A DNA stretch of 64,000 nucleotides. It comes from Octopus vulgaris. Its lineage: Eukaryota. The position numbers were made by a program, and so were the translations under genes. The DNA lies in contig OX597824.1 in the NCBI GenBank assembly GCA_951406725.2, forward strand, positions 27,714,001-27,778,000, in the 5' to 3' direction. Under the pieces are notes generated by a model. The model made no database searches. It saw nothing but the letters and a program-made list of their open reading frames with translations, and was not told the DNA's origin. Below are positions 55,501-64,000 of the stretch, piece by piece (within the stretch, counting starts at the first letter, position 1; the number at the start of each line of letters is the position of its first letter).

Positions 55501-56490
55501 GACGTCGTTATTTACCCTCTGCAACTTGAGCGAGAATACTCGAAAATGCAAGCTAAATCACAACTAAATCCCGTAGGCCACCTTTAAATTTTTGTGAAAA
55601 TCACATTTTCCTTTTTCCATGGAACGTTATTGAAGTTTCTGCCTCCGTAAATATCTGAAAAATTAAAATATTTAAAATTTATTTTCATGAAGTGTTCCAA
55701 TTGTATGAGAAAAATAAGTCTTGGCAGAAATCCTTTTTTATTGGACAATTTCCTGTATTTGTTGCTATTTATTGTTACGTTTTTGTACTTCCCAATATAT
55801 TCTGTTATTTAGCGATATTTTCCGTTGTATTATCGATGTGTTCCTCCATCCCTTGTAAATGTGACTATTTTGCTACTTGATTTTTACCCAGCACCAATTG
55901 ATATGAAGCCCTTCATTGCCATTCATCTTCCTTTCAATCTGTTTTTGAGCCTCTCTGTATGCATTTACATATAACTCCTGTACTACCGTCTATTTACTGC
56001 CTCGTTGCTTACACATGTGACTGTACATGTCATTTAATTTTGGAAGTCTGTAGGAAATAAATGAATTTGCCGGAATGATCACCCGACTCTCTCCCATCCA
56101 GACCTTCACTCTCAAAGAAGTACATGCCAGAAAATTATGTTCGAGACATACAAATATAGGTTGGTCATAGCTTAGAACACATTTGACCACGATTTGCTTG
56201 AGGTTAAACAAGTGACACCGTGTATTGTCTTTAGATATAGACAACGTGAGAGGAAATGCATGCTATTGAAACTATTAATTCTTAATCGATTTCGTCGTAA
56301 AATACTTAATGTTTTATTAAAACGTTTATTATAAATAAATTAGCTTGTCAACTGCAATGTTATTTTAATTAAGAAATTATTTTAATTAAGAAAACAATTC
56401 AAATTGCATTAGACTTTCTCAGTGGACATAGGACTATACTTGCCGGAGTTGTAATAAGAACATGATTTTGTCAATATATATATATAATCA

Positions 56491-56741
56491 ATAATAAATC
56501 TCTGAGAGAGGTATAAACAGTAGCTACACGACATCGTGAAGTATATCTGTCATTTAAATGTGGCTAGCCCGTAAGGGTAGATACTACTGTAGCTTGTAGC
56601 CCCAGGAGGACACCTCCTCCAGCTGGCTATTGACACACTTTCTGTGACCTATCAGTATTTGCAAAGGGAAGCCATCTTTCTCGTCTTTAACCTATGATAG
56701 ACACGGACTCGAGTTTCTGGGTATTGACCCGTCATCAGCGT

Positions 56742-56745
<4 letters not shown>
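56491..56745 (-). mobile_element. ~255 bp non-coding hammerhead-bearing element, copy 2
   Basis: Reverse complement aligns with 45521-45778; TA-rich repeats on both sides. Confidence 0.85.
56701..56743 (-). ncRNA. Intact minimal type-I hammerhead ribozyme
   Basis: acacg CTGATGA c gggt-caat-accc a GAA ACTCGAGT C cgtgt: perfect stem I, canonical core, palindromic stem III, GUC triplet. Confidence 0.85.
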
Positions 56746-56788
<43 letters not shown>

Positions 56789-56804
56789 GTAAATATATAT
56801 GTAT

Positions 56805-56889
<85 letters not shown>

Positions 56890-56902
56890 TATATCCCCCA
56901 TG

Positions 56903-57175
56903 AGAGGCGCAATGGCCCAGTGTATAGGGCAGCGGACTCGCGATAGGAAGATTGCGGTTTCGATTCCCAGACCAAGCGTTGTGTCTGTAAAGCTCCACGA
57001 TGCTCCGCCAGGGGGTGGTTGCAACCCCTGTTGTACTCTTTCGCCCCAACTTTCTCTCACTCTCTCTCTCCCTGTTTCTTGAGTAACGCTGCGATGGACT
57101 GGCGTCCCGTTCAGCTGGAGGGAATATATACGCCACAGAAACCGGGAAATCGGGCCCATGAACAGGGCGCATAAA
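56903..57175 (+). mobile_element. SINE family C head with alternative tail
   Basis: gaggcgcaatggcccagtg...ggtttcgattcccagacc; tail shared with 31674-31910. Confidence 0.85.
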
Positions 57176-57319
57176 AAAAAAACAAATATCCCCATGACCA
57201 CCACGATGAATAAAACTTCAGTTACCATTTCATTCCTCATTTCATTTACCAGCTGGATCATTACAACAACTGCTATATCTATCGAAACTAGCCTCGACAG
57301 CATATCGGAGAACCCCCAC

Positions 57320-57385
57320 CATATACATCATGATCATCGATACCACCACGACCACGACCACGACCACCACCACCACCACCACGAC

Positions 57386-57425
<40 letters not shown>

Positions 57426-57815
57426 GCGAACGTCATTGCCATTAACCATCGTACATACATGTCACCAGCATCTACAACAGCACCGCTACAAACACTATGC
57501 TCACAAACATCACCATCACAACCTCTACCACAACTACTACCACTGTAACCACCGACACATTTGACAGGACTACCATCTCCACCATTACATGTACAACAGC
57601 CATCAATACGACAATCACCAACAGCACCACCACCACCACCAAAACCACCAACATCACCGTCCTCACCAACAACTCAACCTCTACAAGCATCACCACCACC
57701 ACCACTATCACCAATACCACTCTGAGAACCACACCACCACTATAAATACAACCACTAGCACGAACACCACCACTACAACCAATTCCATCATTATCATCAC
57801 TGCCACCATAAATAC
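57320..57815. repeat. Degenerate (CAC/CAT/CAA)n low-complexity tract
   Basis: Direct reading; gives Thr- and His-rich ORFs in several frames. Confidence 0.85.
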
Positions 57816-58229
57816 CAGAGAAGCACCGCAGTTATCCTCATCAGTTCTACGAGGAATCTACAATCGTCAGAGATGCTGCAAACAATAGCAATAAATTTCT
57901 TGGTTATATTTCAGTTTTTAAATTTTATTTCAGATTGTTTACACTCATATTAACCTAATTTAATTTCATTTCTATATTCTCATTCGCTATTCTCCTTCTA
58001 ATATCCTTTATTTCCTTCTTTCCTATGTACGTCTCTATGTCCCTTTGTTTCTATACTGCTCTCTCTCTCTCTCACTCGCTCTCTCTCTCTCTATCTATCT
58101 CTCTCTCTCCGATTCTTTCTCTGCCTCTTTCTGGATATTCGCTATTCACTTCGTAATTTACGTTTATGCGAATGCACAGAACATTTGATTCATAAAATAA
58201 TGACATTTGTGCATCTATATCCATTGGCA

Positions 58230-58265
<36 letters not shown>

Positions 58266-58476
58266 ATCAACAGACGAGCAGACATACAATAATTATATGC
58301 AAATATATATACACGCACATAAAAAAACGCATCGTGCAGATGCGCATTCACACTCACGTAGGGTCAAATAATTTTATTACATAATGTTATGTCTGACAAA
58401 AGAAATGGAGAGGCTGTAGAGAAAAGTGTTTGTGTGTGTCTGTAAATATATATATATATATGTGTGTGTGTGTATG

Positions 58477-58525
<49 letters not shown>

Positions 58526-58641
58526 GCGTGTGCGTGTGTGTGTCCATTTTTTGTATAATCTGTCTGGATGTTTTTTGTTCTTGTCATATGTTTTGTATTC
58601 CTTTTTATACACACACAGACACAGATGCACACATACACACA

Positions 58642-58682
<41 letters not shown>

Positions 58683-58686
<4 letters not shown>

Positions 58687-59082
58687 GAGTGGCTGTGTGG
58701 CAAGTAGCTTGCTTACGAACCACATGGTTCCGAGTTCAGTCCCACTCAGATGCAACTTGGGCAAGTGTCTTCTACTATAGCCTTGAGCCGACCAAAAATC
58801 TTGTGTGTGGATTTGGTAGACGGAAACTGAAAGAAGCTCGTTGTATATATATATATATATATATATATAGGTATTTAAGGTGTCTGTGCTTATCATCCCA
58901 CCATCGCTTGACAACCGATGTTGGTGTGTTTACGTCACCGTAACTCAGCCTTTCGGCAAAAGAGGCCGATAGTGTAAGTGTTGGAGTTACAAAGAATAAG
59001 TCCTGGGGTTGATCTGTTCGACTAAAGGCGATGCTACAGTATGGCCGCAGTCAAATATCTTAAACAGATGAAAGAGTAAAAG
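58683..59082 (+). mobile_element. SINE family B, full length
   Basis: ataggagtggctgtgtgg...gagttcagtccc...cttgggcaagtgtcttct...(TA)n...atggccgcagtcaaa...aaagagtaaaaga. Confidence 0.88.
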
Positions 59083-59172
59083 ACTGTATATATATGTATA
59101 TATATATGTGTGTGTGTGTGTTTGTTTGTACACGCATATATATATATATTTTTGTTTGTATGTGTGTGTATG

Positions 59173-59203
<31 letters not shown>

Positions 59204-59486
59204 TTATGTATGTATGTATGTATGTATGTATGTATGTACGTATGTATGTATGCATGTATGTATGTATGTTTTCATATATACATGAGTTGCTGCCGGTTCG
59301 TTTTAAATTAGATGATGTAATACATTGGTGTGTCTCGTCATTTTCTCTCTTTTTGCCTTATTCCCAGAAGAAGGTCTGTGTCTGAAACATCTGATTCTCC
59401 AATTCTCGCAGCAAGTTCGATTATCCAATATATTATGTCTGCTGACGCAGAGCAACACTTAATGCAGTCTGTTTGATTTGTGCGTA

Positions 59487-59530
<44 letters not shown>

Positions 59531-59769
59531 TATGTGTGTGTGTGTGTGTGTGGCTGTGTGTCCATACATGTGTGCATGTGACACACTTGTTAATTGCCGA
59601 GAGATTCTTGCACGTGAAACTATTGATAGGTTTGTTACATCATAGGGAAGAAATATTTATCCACCGGTATCGAGCTGACATACGCATACACGCACACACA
59701 CTCTCTCTGTCTTCACACACACACACACATATATATATATACATGTATACATATGTATGCATATATATA

Positions 59770-59809
<40 letters not shown>

Positions 59810-59879
59810 TACATATATATATGTATGCATGCATATGGCATACATACATACATACATGCATGCATACATACATATATGC

Positions 59880-61800
59880 CCAAAAGTGGAAGATCCCATC
59901 CTTTTCTCAACAACACTCACATGGATGCCGAGGTGAAAATACAAAATTTCGTCACCATCAGTGCCGATCGTACAGACCGATAAAACAGGACATTTTTCTC
60001 CATGACACCTCTGCAATTGATAGCTAGGACATATTTTCCAACGTCTACTGAGAACCATATCATTATTCAACAAGACCGACGACGTAACCTTTGTTGCTCT
60101 CGACAGGCCTCCCCAAGCACCTCTAAAGTGCTTTGAAGTATGTCTCAACAAAATCAAGTCCTTCTTTCAAAAATACATCTCTGGAAACTTACTGGTGTTG
60201 GGTGCCTTTAACCTCCCTTATGCAATCTGACCTATGAACACTCTGAAGTTAGGCAACTGCATAACAGCAGACAAAGCAGCAGCAAAATTACTCTTTAATC
60301 TAATGGATGGTTTTTTTCCTGACACGACTGTTGCTCAAACCAACAAGTTAGAATAAAATTATCTTGCACCTGTTATTAACAAACCACTCTAACTCCATTC
60401 ACAGTATTTCAATTGAAAAGCTTCTCCTCCCGGGCATGGTACTTTAATTTCCGGCATACCCAAATCCACTCTTCTGCTCTTATTTGACAACATAAAGTTC
60501 CATAAAGCGGATTGTGGACTAATTAGAAGTCTTTTATCGACTGGTCTTTCACTCTCAGTTCCACTGACATTGAAACCACATGGCAGCACTTTGAGGACGT
60601 TGTCACCTATATATGCTCAAAATAAGCATAGGACTGCTGTCTCACCCGCTGGTCCACTGATCGATGATAACAGCATTCTCCCACATGATGCTAAAGAAAC
60701 GGCAGAAGTGCTGCAAAAGCAATACTGCTCTATCTTTAGTGATCCCACTGCTATTGACTTAAGGGATGTGAAGGTAGTCGATCCTCAACATATAATCTCA
60801 GACTTAACTTTTACTGCTTCAGACATCATAGCAGCAATAAATGAGATCGAATACTATTCTGCTGTAGACCCTGATAGATTCATGCTAGTCTCCTGAAGAA
60901 ATATAGACATCAATTTGCAATCCTTCAATCAGCCTCTGGAGAAATTCTTTAGACTCAGGTTATATACCGAAATAGCTCTTATCTCAATCTGTCACCCCGG
61001 TTTTCAAACAGAGTAACAGATCCCTTTCAGTCAACTATATTCCATTCTCACACACCTCCATATCATCAAAGTATTTGAAAGAATGGTGAGATCAAGGATA
61101 GCTGGCTTCCTGGAGAGTCATAATCTCCTAAATTTAGACCAGCATGGCTTTCGCTACGGCAGGGACTGTTTAATATAACACTTACACCACATCGATGATG
61201 TCCTTAAAGCCTTGGTATCAGGTTCGAACTCTGATATCATATATCTTGGCTTCAGTAAAGCGTTCGACAGAGTCGACCACAATATTTTGCTGTCAAAATT
61301 GCCAAATTAGAATCCGTGGAAAACTACAACACTGGATTGAATATTTCCTGAAGAACAGAAGAAAACATGTAGTGATCCGTGGAATCCACTCAAGCCAAGC
61401 AAAATTCACCAGTGGTGTCCCTCAGGGGATAGTCTTTAGCCCGCGTATATTTATTGTCATAAAACACAGCAAAGTGAAAATATTCGCCGATGACGCCTAG
61501 CTCCAGAAAATTATCAACGAAGAAAAAGACCGAACTGAACTCTAGTCTGATCTACACGCTGGCAGTCAAAAACAAAATGCGACTAAGCGAAGAATAATTT
61601 AATTCATTTTGGTAACAAGTCTATGCTAAAATAACCATATACTCCTCCTTCATGGAAACCACTCACAACTTCTAATTAATATCAGAGACCTAAGAGTGAT
61701 TAATTGTTGACAACCTCAGCTGGAGTGTCCGTATCAAAAATAACGTCGATATAGCGTGTAGAATGAGTTTTTGGATCCTAAGAACATTCCCGTCCAGAGA
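59880..61800 (+). mobile_element. Decayed CR1/L2-group LINE (APE endonuclease and RT remnants)
   Basis: [90 protein letters not shown]; many stops and deletions. Confidence 0.88.
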
Positions 61801-61964
61801 ATTTTTTTTACTTTCATTCTCAAAAGCATTTCGTTGCTTATTCCTTAACGAACGTTCAGAACAAGTGAACAGAAGTAAATATATGTGCCTTAAGATATTT
61901 CAAAAAAGGAAGAAAAATAAAGTTTTCAACTCACATTTTCATAAATATATATATGTTTTCTTTG

Positions 61965-62008
<44 letters not shown>

Positions 62009-62179
62009 GCGTATGCTATATATATATATATATATATATATAGCATATTGGCAAAGAAAACATTTACTTTTCCGTTATTTATAATTGTAATTATAATTTT
62101 CACCGTAAAAGGTATTTTTCACATGTTGGCTACAGATAAAGTTTTTTAATAAAACTTTATCCTTATATTAGAAGTACAG

Positions 62180-62281
<102 letters not shown>

Positions 62282-62733
62282 GTATATATGCATGTATGTA
62301 TCTATGTAAGTAGGTGTGTTTCCGAGTGTGTGTGTGCGTATGTGTGTATGCATATGCATATATATATATGCACGTGTAATATGAGACGTGAAGAAAATTA
62401 GATATACGGAGAGAGATTATGAGCTGTGAATGAGGTGCTGGTGGGGAGAGAATCGGTTTTCTATCCTGGACAAAATTTTATTTATCTTCACACCAGCGAC
62501 ATAAGCCATTTAACATGTTTGATAAATCAATACTTTAAAACAATTAAGAACCCAAACTGAAGCACACACATATGCTACTCGTATTTGAAGAGCGACAAAC
62601 ATACGCATAATTGCATACATGCGTGTGTGAGTGTTTGTATATATGCATATCATTAAATATACATATATATATATGAGTGTGTGAATTTGTATCTGTGTCT
62701 GTATATTTGTGCATGCGTATGTGCATATGTATA

Positions 62734-62779
<46 letters not shown>

Positions 62780-62797
62780 CATATGTATGTATATATA

Positions 62798-62908
<111 letters not shown>

Positions 62909-64000
62909 ACATAGATGATAAATTATGCGAGTGTGTAGGGAGGGAAGTTGTGTTCTAGATGCATTTCATGAGATTCTAAAGCCACCTCATACGGTTTTCT
63001 ATTTATTTAAACGTCTGGAACCATATTTCCATAATACATTTCCAAATGTAAAAATATTTAAACAACAAATAGAAAAAAATCATTTAATAATCTTAATCTA
63101 TTCATATATCAACATTTTCTTTCCTCTGTGCAAAGAGAGACGATTGTAGGCAGACACACAATTCCCCCCACACTCAGAAACACACACACACACATACACA
63201 CACACACACACAAACACACGCATAAACACGCACATACACTCACACATGTTTATATATTATGCATGTATCGATGCATCTGTATATTGTTGAGGCAAACCAA
63301 ATCTATTACAAAATATTTTCTGCTGAAAATGAATGAAAATAATACAAAAGAATTATAGTTATATTAGTATATACTGCAAGAATGCAGTATATACTAATAT
63401 AACTGCAGTCTAACCTCGAATGATGAATAACATTGGACAATTTAATAAAATATTGCATGTTTATTAAACTTTACAGAGGGGCAAAGAATTTTAAGCATGG
63501 AATATAGAAAAAGAAAAAAATGTGAAAATTGAAACAGACAATTGTGAAGTGAATGTGGATGTTAAATATTACACTTTTTAACACGTTTAGCAGTTGAGTT
63601 GGCCTTTTATTGTTGAGAGGTTAAAAGCCTGTGTGTGAATAGCTGAAAAATGTTTCCTGACCACAATCTTTGTAAAATTTTTATTATATTTGGTATGACA
63701 TAATTAATACAAAATTTCTAATTTTTCGTAGCGAATATGTGTCCAATATAAACAGAAATAAACTCTCAAATCAAGTAATAGAATTTAGTCTCCCACATGT
63801 ATTCGTCAAATCAAAACATACAAACATTGCAAAAATTCTTTGTTCGAAATACGTCTGCTCCATAAGCAATTTTAATTTGATTTCCCTGTTTATGCGCATC
63901 AGATTCGAAGAGCTAAGTATTCTAAAACCATTCACTTCATGACATTTCGTAGAAAATCGGCAGGAGTGAACTCTCTTGCATTTGCAAAGTTTGCTAAAAC

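Noticed and set aside
55700-56260. Possible additional LINE RT remnant on the minus strand (also 42650-42900)
   Set aside because: Only vague similarity; no diagnostic motif readable
57158-57888. Thr-rich and His-rich ORFs resembling a mucin or metal-binding protein
   Set aside because: Degenerate CAC/CAT repeat, overlapping short ORFs in several frames, no signal peptide or splice context

Overview
Eukaryotic, AT-rich, extremely microsatellite-dense window ((TA)n, (TG)n, (GATA)n, (TAA)n, (GA)n). The repeat landscape looks like a large intron or intergenic region of a mollusc, most likely an octopus (inference). I recognise no host protein-coding gene; almost all listed ORFs are translations of simple repeats. 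The non-simple sequence is mostly mobile DNA: at least three tRNA-derived SINE families, a decayed mariner, two MITEs, a probable Chapaev3-type transposase relic, four R4/Dong-type LINE fragments, RTE and CR1/L2-group LINE relics, a young Tx1/L1-like 3' fragment sitting inside (TCTA)n, and two decayed Penelope-like elements (PLEs). The main hidden signal is a set of about nine minimal type-I hammerhead ribozyme motifs, read by eye, most with the palindromic stem III typical of PLE hammerheads. They occur in several unrelated short non-coding elements, usually embedded in (TA)n. These include a two-copy ~255 bp family with a compensatory stem III change, a 163 bp palindrome carrying two opposed hammerheads, a tRNA-headed SINE ending in a hammerhead, and a ~1 kb tandem-plus-inverted repeat. 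Family names and boundaries come from motif recognition only, with no database search, and boundaries are approximate.
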